A DNA stretch of 63,949 nucleotides, the filler included, from Klebsormidium nitens (taxonomy: Eukaryota > Plantae > Klebsormidiophyceae): the NCBI GenBank assembly GCA_000708835.1. It is 8 parts of 8 records of this genome, joined end to end, with 100 filler letters (N's around TTAATTAATTAA, not from the genome) between each part and the next. Parts side by side here need not be neighbours in the genome. Positions count along the whole stretch, not along the records: positions 7,719 to 20,240 come from DF238095.1; positions 20,341 to 33,863 come from DF237756.1; 6 more parts are not named here. The stretch is one strand, 5' to 3'. The first letter of the stretch is position 1; each line of letters opens with the position of its first letter. Positions 9,865 through 26,171 of the stretch are shown here, in pieces. The notes below the pieces were generated by a model, which was not told the origin of the DNA, made no database searches, and saw nothing but the letters and a program-made list of their open reading frames with translations. Position numbers and translations under genes: made by a program.

Positions 9865-10899
9865 TCCGCTCATCACAGGTGTTTCGAGTTGGTGTAGGGG
9901 TCGCTGATAAACATAGCCGTCCGTTCATTGTTCATAAGCTGACGACGAAAATTGTCCACTGGAATTTGGGTTGATATGTACACTGTAGGCCACAGCCGCC
10001 AAATTGTGGACCAATTGCAGTCATCCGTGTCGCATGTTTCTGTCCTTGACACGGCTTCGTTCGACATGACGTATCTTCCAGGCGGGCTTGAATCTATCTG
10101 CAAACCATAGGCCCGTTTTCGAGTGCATGGCAGCTAGCTCGTATTGATCTTGTTGGTCGGTTACCTTAACCTGAAGCGATTTGAGCTTTTCTACTTCTGC
10201 GCACCCTGGTTTAGCAAGATTACTGGCACGTATTGTTAAGTCCTTGCTTCTCATGCATCGCCCTTTCATGTGAAGCAAGGTACTAGCCAACTCGAGACCA
10301 TTCGGCCCTGCATGTGCATCCGGCCCTGACGTGCAATTGTGGTGTGCATTGAAAAATGGTTGACATGCCATGCACAAGACCATCGCAGCCCCTGTATAGA
10401 AGCAATTATAGACGATGCAGAAACTGTGGGTATTGCGGAATGTCGAGATATATATCTAGCTGTACCTGGTAACCGGTTACCATGCAGCATGCAATCTGCA
10501 ATCGTCCTCTAACATGCATGTCTTGTATACTTAGGCCTATCAATATGTTCAATCAGACCAAGACAATGATGCAGACTCATTAATGGCATGACACTGAATC
10601 ACTCAGAAAGTTGAAACTTCGAGATTCCTGCCAGATGTCTGCAGCAAAATTGGAATGGTTTTGCCGTCTCTTTATAACATGGACATAGCCGTCCATTGCA
10701 ACCAGAATTGCCTTTCCCACCTTATCAACTGACAAAGTGTGGAACCCTGTGCTTTCGTGATGAACCTGTTCGAGGCTGACCTTACACACGTGACCTTTTG
10801 TAAATGTATCTATATGTCCGTCCGCTCGCGACTTCCCCCAAAAAAGTCGCCCATCATTGAGATTTCTAGCAATGTGTCAAAGAGTCCCCAACAACCTGC

Positions 10900-12427
10900 C
10901 TACTCGTTGATGTAAGACCGAGGGTCCGGGTAGACACGCATCCGCTGGCCCCATGCGACCTTCGCGGTAGCTCTCTTCCGCCGGACCTTCACACCAACCG
11001 AACCCCCCCGTCGCGTCACTTTGTTTGGTAGCTTCCACGTGTTGATGGACACAACCCGGACTTGGAAAACAGCTTCTAGGAACGAGCGAATCTCTGTCTT
11101 GGTGGCCCTGTCGTCAACCTCAAACGTGTACTGATTGTTGGCCCACTGGGAGGAGTGCGTGCGTCCGTAAAGAGGGTTCCGGACAGGGTCCATTGTGGCC
11201 TGCTCAAGGCGAAGAGATCGTTCAGATGGAGGAGGCAGTCTGTACCAAGGAACAGTATGGTGACCTTGTCTGAGTCATACGCATACCGCCACATCCGAAC
11301 CGGACTATGCGACTCTTTTGGATTGCTGCGATCATGTTTCAGAGACCAGCGGTCTTGGCCGTGGACGATTTGACCTCTCAGACTCTGAATGCCCAATTCA
11401 ATTCTACCAGTTCTTAAACCCTATTTCATAGATGTCACACTGCAACAAACTGTTGGTCCACTTGGGGGAGATTAACCACGGATGAGGCATCGCACTCTAA
11501 GCCATGACCCACACCTCGTTGAAAATACGGTCCAACCACGAAAGATAAAGCTTAGCTTCCAAGGAACTAAGTGCGCCAGGCTTGACATTTGCACGATTGG
11601 GCGGACGCTGAACCCTAAAACAGAGTACCCGCCCGCTGTGCTTCGCGACTTGTAAACCTTGCAGAGGCTTTTCTTCCTTGGACAATGTGGGCACCGAATG
11701 ATGGACAGTGATATGATGGTAGCAAACGAAAGCTGCTAATCCAAAGCTGCTGATTCAGGCCCATGTGCAGCAGCACAAATGTGCAGTTGCTGGGGCAACC
11801 TGAGATTGAGGACGATAGAGCCACATTCCATGTAAATACTGAAGCCACAGATCGCTGTATTCGTTTTGGGCAGAGTCTCCTCTCGCTACTTTTTGTATAC
11901 CAATATGTCTTCGTTTGCGTCCATGCCATTGCTTAGAATCTCAAAAGAGGAAGTTTCCCGAGGCACATAAGAGGCCAAAGCCAAGGTAGTCTGCAGAGCT
12001 TGCCGTCCGCATAACATCGTTACCATTCCATGTATTGACTCCGGCAAGCACTCCCCTTGGTTGAGCCCCAACTAGTGCTAGACCCAGCTTTTTCTAATTA
12101 TGGCTGCTTGAGCGGTCTCTGCTTTCCTCGGCAGTGCTCCTAAGGCTCCCCATCAGCATATTGTCATTGCATCTCTTGAAACATAGCACTGGATCATTGT
12201 GAAAAGCAACTTACCTGGGGAGCCACGGTCCTCGGCCGCCTTGCATTTGCAGTCTGAGGCCGTGCTGCTGTACTCTTTGACTGGCCTAGAGCTCCAGCCG
12301 CTTTCAAGCCCGAGAAAGAAGGGAGGGCGGAACGAGTTACATTTGAGAGTGAGCGGGTCGATCTTTGATGGAGGGCTGTCGTGGCTTGGCAAGCACCCAA
12401 CCGGGAGGCCACAGCGGCGGAAGCCAT
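10900..12427 (-). CDS. rpl23: Nuclear-encoded plastid ribosomal protein uL23 with transit-peptide exon
   Basis: Exon 2 (11199-10900) reads ATMDPVRNPL...NNQYTFEVDDRATKTEIRSFLEAVFQVRVVSINT, the uL23 signature. Exon 1 (12427-12215) reads MASAAVASRL...PSFSGLKAA...RTVAPQ, an S/A/R-rich transit peptide. They join in frame across a phase-0 intron (CAG|GTAAGT...GAGCAG|GCC). Confidence 0.85.
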
Positions 12428-13329
12428 GGCCGCTCTTTGCGCTTTTCGATATCTAGATTCTAGGGGTTGGAGTCGGACAATGCTAATCCCCACTCGCTTC
12501 TATGCAAGGCAGACAGGAGGAAACCGAGGACAATTGCAGTCAGGTGCGCAAATTGGAGTATATTCTGCCCCCGCAACATTCAGCAGCAAGGCAGATGAGC
12601 TGGTGAAACGACATGGTAACGGTCGCTAGCAGTTACGGGCTGACAATCTAGACATTTTTACTTGCAGGTTCGGACGACCGACACCCGATACCGTTTCCAG
12701 ATCCGACTCACCCTATACGAGCACCAAAAAATGCTTGGCATATATTGCAAAATCTTAAATAATACTCAGAAATTGGATGGAAAAGATCAAAATTGGGAAG
12801 AGAGAAAAGAGATTCGAGAGAAAGCCGGGGCGGCCAAGATACATAGCTAGCTAACGAGAGACGGGGGGGGAGAGAGAGAGAGAAGTGATTCTCGTGCAGA
12901 GGATGCAGGCGTTCTTTTGCAAGTCCAGGAGGTTCTGTTAAGAGTGAGACATCGAATTGCCTGTTGCCATCCAATACCAGCTTGAACAACAAGGCCCAAA
13001 TTGGAAGCGTCAGCTTCGGTGCAGCTGAAAAGAAGTGGGGGTACTGAGCCAATCACTGATAGGGTGATAATCCTGCGCACTGCAGCTTGAGCCATGCAAT
13101 GCTGGCCGTAGACAGGTAGCTGCATGTATGTAGGAGCTGATTGACAGAAGCGCTTGAATGAGTAGAAACCTCTCCTGCTCAGGATTCTGATGTTTCCCTC
13201 TGCAAAAGATGCAGAGCCAATCAAACGTAATACTCCTGGGCCAGCATTTCCACCGTTGTGCCTCTTCCTGGAAGCTGGAAAACACACATATTTCCATCTG
13301 AACAACGTTCACCAGGCCGCTTCTTCTCT
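12428..13329. promoter_or_regulatory. Divergent (bidirectional) promoter region with a GA-rich tract
   Basis: Lies between the head-to-head starts of rpl23 and the P450. GA-repeat tract at about 12795-12885. Confidence 0.3.
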
Positions 13330-16300
13330 ATGGAACCCCTCCTGCAGATTCCCTCCCTTCCCATCCCCCTGCTAGTAGCCCTGCTAATCACTCCCCTCTG
13401 CGCCCTGCTTCTGAAGAATTGGCTCTCTCACACTTCCCCCCCCCGACCAGCCTCAGAGCAGCCCCCCAGAAAGCTGAAGTGGTACAGAAGCGGCCTGCCT
13501 ATTATAGGGCCCGCAATTGAGTTTCAAAAGGCCCCAAATGTGCTGCTATTGAAGGCACGGAGGGAGCTAGGCGACGTCTTTGGACTGAACCTGCTTGCAA
13601 AGCGGTTTGTCTTCGTGACTGGGCCAGAAGCGCATAGGTGAGGGATATTGGTCGTGCCCAAACACGTCTTCTGAAAAGCACTTGGAGGACGTTTTGAACC
13701 TTGGGAGGTGTAAGGGTGACCACAAGAAGTGCCTGCAGCAATCCCAATTCTGACGAGTTCCAAGTATGAGGACTCATCGGAAAACGATAGAACTTTGCAC
13801 GTCAATACTTGTCCTGTTTGAAAAGTCAGCTGTTCCACATAACCAGCAGTCAGGCACGTACTTCTCAACAATGAGTCCAGCGGACCCTCAGACAATAGTT
13901 GTGCTTCATATTTCTTCTACCTTCTCTATCCTTGTTGCTCAAGTATTGAAGGGCCATGTCAGGCTCTCCACACACAGGACCGTCGTCAATGCACCCAAGT
14001 GACACAACTTGTTTTGTCACCACTTTTCTGAAGTTGATCTCTGCAACAATCCGTGTGGCCTTCATCACATGTTTGGATCGGATTCTTTGCCATAGAACAC
14101 ATGGGGCCTATGAAATGAGTTTTTTTCTCCCAGATGCAGCTGAATTGGTACCGAATCCCCAATGGTAATGTACCATTGCTGCAAGCAACGACGTTAGCCA
14201 TGCTGTTGAAGATGCTTGTTGACGAGAAACGTCGACAGTTCTTGACATTTTGAGAGTCATATCAGCCAAAAACACATACCCCCTAGTCGCAAAACCCCAA
14301 ACTAAGCCGACCATTTGAAATTCACCTTTAGGTGCTGCTACCTATTAGAAGCTCGCCCTTCTCTTTCAACTCGCAGGTGGTTTTTCAACGGCGACGACGG
14401 CACTTCGAGCTGCGAGCTCGCGTTTGAGAAGGCGGTCCAAGAGCTGACGAGCCACCTGTTTGGTAATATCATGTTCGTCACCCCCGGTTGGCCGGAGCGG
14501 GCGCGCAAGGTCACTGTGACAGGTCTGGGTACGCTCCAAAGGTGCTTCTCAAGAAGCTTCGAAAACTTCCACTTTTGGTCTTCTCTTTTCTTGTCCTTCT
14601 TTCCTACTCGTTTTTTGTCGTCTTGAGAATTTTTGTCGGTCTTGTGAGTTTTCCAAAATCGCTCTCTTTTCCTTCGCATTGAAACTTTTCAGGTCTCTGC
14701 TCAGGCTCCGAGGCACATCTCAAACAGTTGGAGCGACTTTCTGAAAGGCACTAGCTGAAGCCCGTTGGTAAATTGCCTCCAACCGATCATCCTTCTCAAA
14801 TTAGGTATTCCTCTCACATCGCATTGTCTTACTGCATCTCTTCCTCGATACCATCACTGTCTAAATATTAATTCGGTAAGCTAACAAACTACACCGGCAT
14901 TATCGAAGATGAGGTTGAAGTAGTTATAGTTTCCTCCAGAGCCACGAAAGAGTTGTCAACCCGAAACTCTTAACCGCAGGTTAACCTACTACACTGGCAT
15001 TATCCAAGACGAGGTCGACCGCTCTCTTGCCGCCTGGGCGCAACTAGGCGCGGTCGACCTGTTCCGCGAGTGCTCCCGGCTCGCCATGACGCTCCAGATC
15101 CGCTGCCTGCTGGGAGATGACGTCAGCGAGGGCTTCCCCGAGCTGAAGGATCTGTACTACGACTTTGAGCACTTGGCGGCGCTTCCCGAGGTTGCGCAAT
15201 TTGGATGGTTCCCGAGCGCTACGGCTCGGCGGTTTGCCAGAATAAGGTGAGTTCTCAAAAGCGCGCTGTTTCATGGTCCTTCCAGGATTTCCAATCATCG
15301 GATGTGTTTCTTTATCTGACGGCTTTCGAGCTGAAGGATCTGTACTATGACCGTGAGCGGTCGGCGGCGCTTCCCGAAGTTGCGCAGTTCGGGTGGTACC
15401 CCAGCGGTACAGCTCGGCGGTGCGCACAATCAGGCGAGTTCGCCATATAAAGATTCCACGTTCTTGTGCTTTGAATGCTTCCACATCTTGAACGTGTTAT
15501 GAGCTCAAGAGTCGTTTTACAATTTGAGCGCTTGGCGGTGATTTCCGAGTTTGCGCAGTTCGGATGGTTCCCGAGCGCTACGGCCGGGGTTCGCCAGAAC
15601 CCACGAGACTTCGCAAAACCGCGCTGTTTCCTGGTGCTTCCAGGGTTTCCAGTTATCTGATGTGTTTCTCTATTTGACGTCTTTCGAGTTGAAGGATCTT
15701 TACTACAACTGTGATCGCTTGACGGCGCTCCCCGAGATTGCGCAATTTGGATGGTTCCCAAGCGCTCCGGCTCAGCGGTTTGCCAGAATAAGGCGAGTTC
15801 TCAAAAGCGCGCTGTTTCATGGTCCTTCCGGGGTTTCTAATTATCTGATGTGTTTCTTTATTTGACGTCTTTTGAGATGAAGGATTTATACTACCACTTT
15901 GAGTGCTTGGCGGCGCTTCCCGAAGTTGCGCAGTTCGGGCGGTACCCCAGCGGTACAGCTCGGCGGTTCCGCACAATCAGGCGAGCTCGCCATATAAAGA
16001 TTCCACGTTCTTGTGCTTTGAATGCTTCCACATCTTGGACGTGTAATGAGCTCAAGAATCGTGTTACAATTTGAGCGCTTGGCGGTGCTTCCCGAAGTTG
16101 CGCAGTTCGGGTGGTTCCCTAGCGGTACAGCTCGGCGTTTCGCCAGTATTCGGTGAAGTTACAGAATGTCCGCGTTCTTTTAGCTTTTACTGCTTCCACA
16201 TTTTGAACGCGGTTCGGAGCTCAGAGTCTGTGTAACGAGTTTGAGCGCTTCGTGGCGCTTCCTGAAGTCGTGCAGTCCAGGTGGTTTCCTAGTCATGCGG

Positions 16301-18892
16301 CTCGGCGGTTTGCCAAACTTAGACGTGTCTACAAACTTTGGCGTTGTTTGTGCTTGTGGATACTTCCGACTCTTTGACTTGTTTCGAGTTGATTAGTCTA
16401 TTGCATTAACTGAGCCGCTCGCAAAGGCCACTTTGGGTACTTTGTTCTCCGACTTACAGAGGGTTAGGAGGTTCGGTTTTCTTCGAGAGTATGAAGATTC
16501 GGAGCTCATTTACCTCTACCCAAGAAACATATGATGGTTTCGAGTTGGCGCTCCTTAGAGTTGGCAAGCCGCTTCGAGAGAAGTATGGGATGCTCACAAC
16601 AAGACTTTCGACAGACGGAAAGTTTTGAGATACGAAGACATGCTCCAACGCAGCTTACATTCGTGACGCCGCCTAAAATCCAGTCTCCAAGCCTGCCAAA
16701 CAACGAGGACGGGTAGCGTCCAAACTTAGACCGAGTCCGTTCGATCCAATTATTCCCACACAGAATCAGGGACAGGCTGAGTTGGAGGGCTTTCTTTAAC
16801 CTTATTCCATTGCTTTCATGTCACGAAGCACATGATTATGGTCCTGAAAGTCACGCCACATAAGCAATTTGGTGACAAGCTCTGCAGGAAACGTCTCGTG
16901 GTCGAGTCGAGGACAGTCTCTGGTCAAGACCGACTGCTTGATGGAATACTATAAAGAACGTTCTGCTTGCATCAAGCGGGCGTTCTATATATAGGGATCA
17001 ATAGTCGAGCACTCGCTCGACGTCAGGCATAGATCACGCAACATGTGTTGAAGGCGCGACGCGTCGACCTTCTTACTTTGAACGTTCCTTCGCCTTAATT
17101 CCAGACACCGTTTTCAGCGAGACATTCCACACGCCTGACATTCTGAAAGGACTACGAGAGTGCGCGCGGTCGCCGTCGAACATTTCAGGGTACTGTTTTC
17201 ATTGCAAAATGTTCATTATTTGCAGGAAGCGAATGTTCGCGATCCTGGAAACGGTCGTCAACGAGCGGTTCGACAGGCCGGACGAACACAAGGGCCGCCG
17301 GGACTACGCGCAGTTTGTCGTCGAAAACTGCCCCGACTACCGGCAGATCGTGCCGGCGCACCTCCTGAGCCTCATGTTCGCCGGGCATGTCAACACGGTA
17401 CGGTTCTTGGCTTCTCTTCTCGCCCTCATTCCCTCGTTTCTCGCTTCCTCGGCTGTACTATCGCTGCTTTCGTAAAGCCAATCCAACTTTCTACCAAGAA
17501 TTCATTCGCCATATTTCGGAAAGCTCGATCAGCTTCTTCGTTCCTTATTAGCACGCTCCTTCCGGTGATGAACCCGCAACGGAAAACCGGCGCTTTGCAA
17601 GCTTGACGAAACGAAACAGTCAGTTTGAAAGGGCCTCGTAACTCCCCGCAGGCCGGAACAATGGGCTGGAACATCGCCCACATCGCGTCCGACGAGGCCC
17701 TCCGACGCGCAGTCTGCGCGAAGGTGCGCTCCGAGGGGGATCCCTTCGCGCGGGGCGCTGACGTCAGCAGCATGACGTCGGCGGGCATCGCGATCGCCGC
17801 CAACCGGGCCGAGCTGCCGCTCGTGGACAAGTGCGGCCGCGAGACGAACCGGCTGTACGGCATTCTGATCCTCGTCCGAGCGGTACGGGAGCACCCAGAT
17901 TTCAACTTATTTCCTTCTTTTTAATTAACTTCTCAGAAGTTTGTTATCTTGGCGATCAGCTTCCTCATTTTGGTCTTATCTGCAATCTGAAGGTGTCCAG
18001 TTCGGAGTCTTGAGGCGTGCGAATGTTTGCCTACATGCAGCGTCCGAATTTCACTCCTAATTATCAGACGGTTGGTTGAAGCTAATGTTCTAGAATTCAC
18101 TCGGACAGCTGTCTTTGGAATGGTTCTGGTCGACCCAGTTGTCAAACAATTTCTGGAAGCGGCGGACGCCGGACGCCCGACTCCAAGAAGGTAGAATTTC
18201 ATTGTAGTCGGACTCGTTTGTTAGCCTCTTGAAAATGTCATCTGCTTATAGCATCCAACAGTCAGGGAAAGCCGCTCGTTCTGGTTTTAAGGCGTCCGGA
18301 CTTGAACACCCAATGGCAGTCATCGAGCAAACCTGCTAGCGCAAGATCTGATAGCCCGCCGTTTCCCGCACAACGCTCTTCAACGGTTTACAAGTCCATC
18401 CTATTCCGTAAACAAAGTCTTTGATTGCGCTTTGATTGGACACTCTTTGACGAGGCTTGACAAACGCATGAATAAGGTGCTATAACCTTCGATTCTTTTT
18501 TCCCGCAGGTGTTGAAAGACACAGCATTCGATGGCATTGCTCTGCCGAAAGGCACCACCGTCGCTTTTAGCCCATACGTCTGCCACCGGGACCCTTTGGT
18601 GTATACCGACGTGAATAAGTTCGATCCTAAACGATACTCAAAAGCCGGTTTAGAAGAGCTGAACACGAATCGGCACTATGTTCCGTTTGGGGCGGGCAGA
18701 CATGCTTGCCAAGGGCAGCGATTCGTGACAATCATCTTACGGATTATATGGACTACTCTGTTCCGGGACTTTGAACCACTTATCGAGAACCTAGCATTGC
18801 CCGAGCCGGAGTATTACGGAGCGCTTGGGACGCCGCTCCCAAAGGCCCCTGTCAAGCTGCGGCTGCGTAAACGAACAGAGGAGTCGTCCTAG
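13330..18892 (+). CDS. Cytochrome P450, divergent CYP51-like (6 exons)
   Basis: Exons 13330-13637, 14377-14541, 14980-15246, 17226-17397, 17652-17882 and 18509-18892 splice in frame. It has an N-terminal TM anchor, LPIIG, I-helix LMFAGHVNT, ExxR (ETNR), FDPKRY and heme motif FGAGRHACQG. IRCLLG...LYYD resembles CYP51. Confidence 0.9.
15140..16330 (+). repeat. Seven tandem 169-188 bp copies of the P450 exon-3 tail plus splice donor, extending into intron 3
   Basis: Units start at 15140 (the true exon), 15328, 15501, 15686, 15874, 16048 and 16217. Each carries a recognisable copy of GCGGCGCTTCCCGAAGTTGCGCAGTTCGG...GCTCGGCGG. Confidence 0.9.
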
Positions 18893-21749
18893 CATAAAGA
18901 CAATCATAGGGCTCCCTTCTAGTACTTCCCTAATTGAACACGGCTGACAGCACCAGTCGAGGCCCAGAATACCCGCATACCATATATACGCTATTAGCAA
19001 GTTATGACATGGTTTGTCAATCACCAGGGTTGAGAACCAATAAGTACGAGATTCGTCTGGAATGCGTCACATCCTTGGTAAGAAGTTGTCGCGCATGCGG
19101 GCCCTGATAAACATGTCTTTTGTCGATCGCGCCAGAATCGTACGTCCGTACATTTGGGGAGTCGAGTGATAAGCGATGGTAGAAATGAACGAATGATGCA
19201 GTTTTTTTGCGATCGACTCACAACTCTGGGTCGATTGAGCCGCGAATCGACTGGAAAAGCTAATCAACTTCAGGCTTGACGCTCTCTTACTTTGTACGGA
19301 CGGTTGTATCATTTCTATGGACCATTGACCCCACATGCATGCAGCTCAGCTAGTACCGTCGCAAGCATGCATGAGAATATCATTGCATTACTCCGCCGAA
19401 TTATACTACAATGATAATAATCATCTACAATAAGATCATGTTTATTGGTAATCTTAACGCATGCAGCATGCATGATGCACTCATTGATTGTCTCTTAAAT
19501 GGTTGTTGGATACCAAGCTTTCAATCGTCGTGGCATGTGCCATGCAACAAATTCGGGCTATAATTCCACACTTGCAGAATGCTGAAAGATTATCATATAT
19601 CGACTTGCGGCCGTGACGGTGTCCCATGGCACAGTTGGAATACAAGTCGTTTTTCTCCTGTATACGGAGCACACTGCATCTGTGACTTCAACCATGCATG
19701 CAGCACACACATACTTCTTCAATCAAGATCGATAATGCAATGAACAGCTTCAATCTAGCTCTCGTTGTTCAAGCGTCTCTAACTTAGTCCAATCAAGTAA
19801 TCACTAGATATTTGGTCAACCTGCTCCTCTACACATAAACAAACTTGAAGTTTCTTCTTGACTCCAGGTTTTGAAGCCTGCAGTTGCCTCAGTATAACGT
19901 ACCTTTGCTAAGACAATCTGCTACTCACTAAGATTCTATATGGTACAAGTACATGACTCGCTAGACTGGGGTCAACCTGGCAAGCGTAGTGACGAAAATG
20001 CACTTTCCTGAAAGCGCTATTTAGATTGGCTGACCGCATACCTACCCCTTGACCGATCCCGGAGTCCTTATGTTACCTATATACCAAGTTTTATTCACTA
20101 CGCTAACTTTGATCAACTTTGAATTTGACGGCGAAAGGCAAAAACGTCCTGCTTTCTGCAGTCGATCTTCCTTTGGTGACCAATCTGAGTCTGATCCTCA
20201 ATCAAAGCTGAGCCAAGTCAATAAACCTGAAACGTCACTGNNNNNNNNNNNNNNNNNNNNNNNNNNNNNNNNNNNNNNNNNNNNTTAATTAATTAANNNN
20301 NNNNNNNNNNNNNNNNNNNNNNNNNNNNNNNNNNNNNNNNGTGCGACCGAGTTCGCACTGCAGACTTGCACACTTTGTCTAGGGTAGGAGGATCCTAGAC
20401 CGAGACCGGACTCTTATATCTTCGGACTGTTGGCGTTGCCGACCCATTTATACCGGGCTCGTGTGTGAAATTGAGGTTGTTGATGGGACTTTTACCTGAA
20501 TTCTCGCACGCGCAACGCATGACCCAGGTTTCACATTTTTTCACGTTCCCTAGTTGCGATGATCGGTGAAGTCCCCGGGTGAAGTGGAGCACAACCGGTC
20601 CCGGGCAAATGGTTCGATGGACTTTTCCGTCATTGTGCGCCGTCAAATTGTTCATCGCACGGCCGGATTTCAGTTTAAACCATTACATCGCAAATTTGGA
20701 CCTGTCGAACGAAACTCACGAAGCTCTGCCTTAGAACTCAGGTGCAAAAGTGGGGCTGCACTGCCCCCGGGTATTGTAAGATAGCCCGGCTGAATCCAGA
20801 AAGTGGTCGGGAACACTGAATTCAGTGCGGCCGAGTGACCCCGGGACCGTATCCGGTAGGTACCTATCGAAATTTAAAATTTTCCACGGAACTCGGTGAT
20901 TTTCGACTCACCGAAAGGCCTCGTTTCCACTGAACACTGACTTACACTCACTGTATCCCGAGGCTACAAGCCGCGCACGAGGCCCATAGCCTCAAATTCG
21001 CTGGGGACTCCGACTCAAAATCCGGGCCTCCGAAGCGTTACATAGCTGAGACTTCAGAATTGCTGTTCGATAGCCTCTCGTGAGTTGGATTTCCTAGGGT
21101 CCGGACCGGTTGTGAGTCGGAGCAGGCCCGCCTAGCGAATATTGAGCCTCCGACCTGGGCCGTGACACGCGCTCGCGGCGCCGCGCCGGCGGCCGAACAA
21201 CTCACAAAGCGCGCAGGGGGATCCCCCAGCTCCTCCAACCAGCTCACTTCGCAAACCCTAAATAAGGGAATCCCAGAACCTAATAGCTCGCAACCTTTGA
21301 ACAGTTCCTCTTCATTCCACTCTCAGCTTGAAGCTCGTGATTCCGCATTCCGGGAGGCGGGCAGGGGCTACAAAAGTCGTTGCCAAGCTCCTGATCCGAG
21401 TAAAAGGCCTGCACTGCTTGGGACCGGCCGAACTTGCTGTTGCGGGCACCAGCGGTGGCAGCCAGCTTGTCAAGGTGCCGGTAACGCTGGAATCTGGTCA
21501 ATCCCCTGGCAAAGAAAGAGAATGCTCATTGCATTCTGAAGCAGAGGTACAAGGGCCTAGAAACATCACTGCCATTGACTCGCACATATCTCCTTTCAAT
21601 GCACCAGTCCCTTGCAAGAGCTCTGTTGCAGTTAAGCAGCGATCAAGTGTCTTGACAGGAAAGAGGCTCATTACAAAGTCGCCTATTAGTTTGCTGGAAC
21701 TGGACCATAGTGCATGATCAGCCTTTAATAAGAGCTCTCACCGGCCTAG

Positions 21750-25040
<3,291 letters not shown>

Positions 25041-26171
25041 ACCACCGAACAGCTCTAGCTCGGGGCTAAATCACTTTGACAGCCATCAAACTCTTCCTGC
25101 ATCAAGGAGACTGCAGCGTCAGCAGCTTGTTGGCCTTTTTTTATATAGAAAAGATTACAAGTATGCGAGCTGCCCACCAATTAGGAGCTTGGTGCCAAGG
25201 CCGTGGTGCACGGCCGCCATCTACTTGGGTACGCACGCCTAGCTATGAGAAAGTCGCCAGGGAAGAATTCAAGGGAGAGCGGTCGTGTCTTACATTGTCA
25301 ATTGAAGTCGGACTTCTGATATCCAACTCAGTAGGATTCACAGGTTCTCTGTGTGTCCTCGACCGCCGGGTGCCAGTCTGTCTGGTCAATGCCACTGAAA
25401 GTCGTTAGCCAGTTCTTCGATCTTGCGTATATACAACTTATTGCAGAGCGCCGTAAGACGTTCTTGAGGTATTCTTGAATGTATGTAGCACTGGCCACGG
25501 GCCAGCAATGGACTATACGGTATGCATCATGGCATGTCGAACCTGCAGTACGCAGCTACCTTGTGTCGTCAATTTCAAAGCCCGCCAAACCATTGAATGG
25601 AACCGCGCCCAGAAGGGCAAGCGTCTTTATTGTATACATGGGCACGTACCACTATAGATTATAAACAGGCTAGCTGCTCATAGTCCGGCGTACATACGTC
25701 AGCTAGCAAGCAGCTTTAACCAATATCCAATTGCACGGCAGGCCGGAGGCCCCCGCCGCCGCCGAACCTCATGCATGGCGTGCTGCGCACAAGTTCTTAT
25801 ATCATGAGGCTAGAAATGACGCATTAAGTTGCAGGCTGCCTCGATCGCGAATGTATGCTATGCCACTTGCATGTAAGTGATTACTTTCATGTCGCACGTA
25901 CGTACATGGTACTTACAAAGTCAAGTTTGCCGCGGGCCGGCGGCAGCAGGTGGCTGCATTCATGACTACCATCTAATCGTGGCCGCCGGCGTCGAGGCCA
26001 TGCTATACGGAAAATTTAGGTTTGCATTTGAGATGGTATGATCACCCCCAGCGCTGCAGCCCGCGATGACTAGCACTAGGCTTCTAGGACACGGACGGTC
26101 GAATGGATACTGTGAAAACTCCTTGCGATAGGCTTACGTCGAACGATAACATGATCTCTGTCTGATCTCGA

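Noticed and set aside
9873-10790. Short ORFs between DUF3143 and rpl23
   Set aside because: They fall in the convergent 3' UTR region and show no recognisable homology or consistent splice structure.
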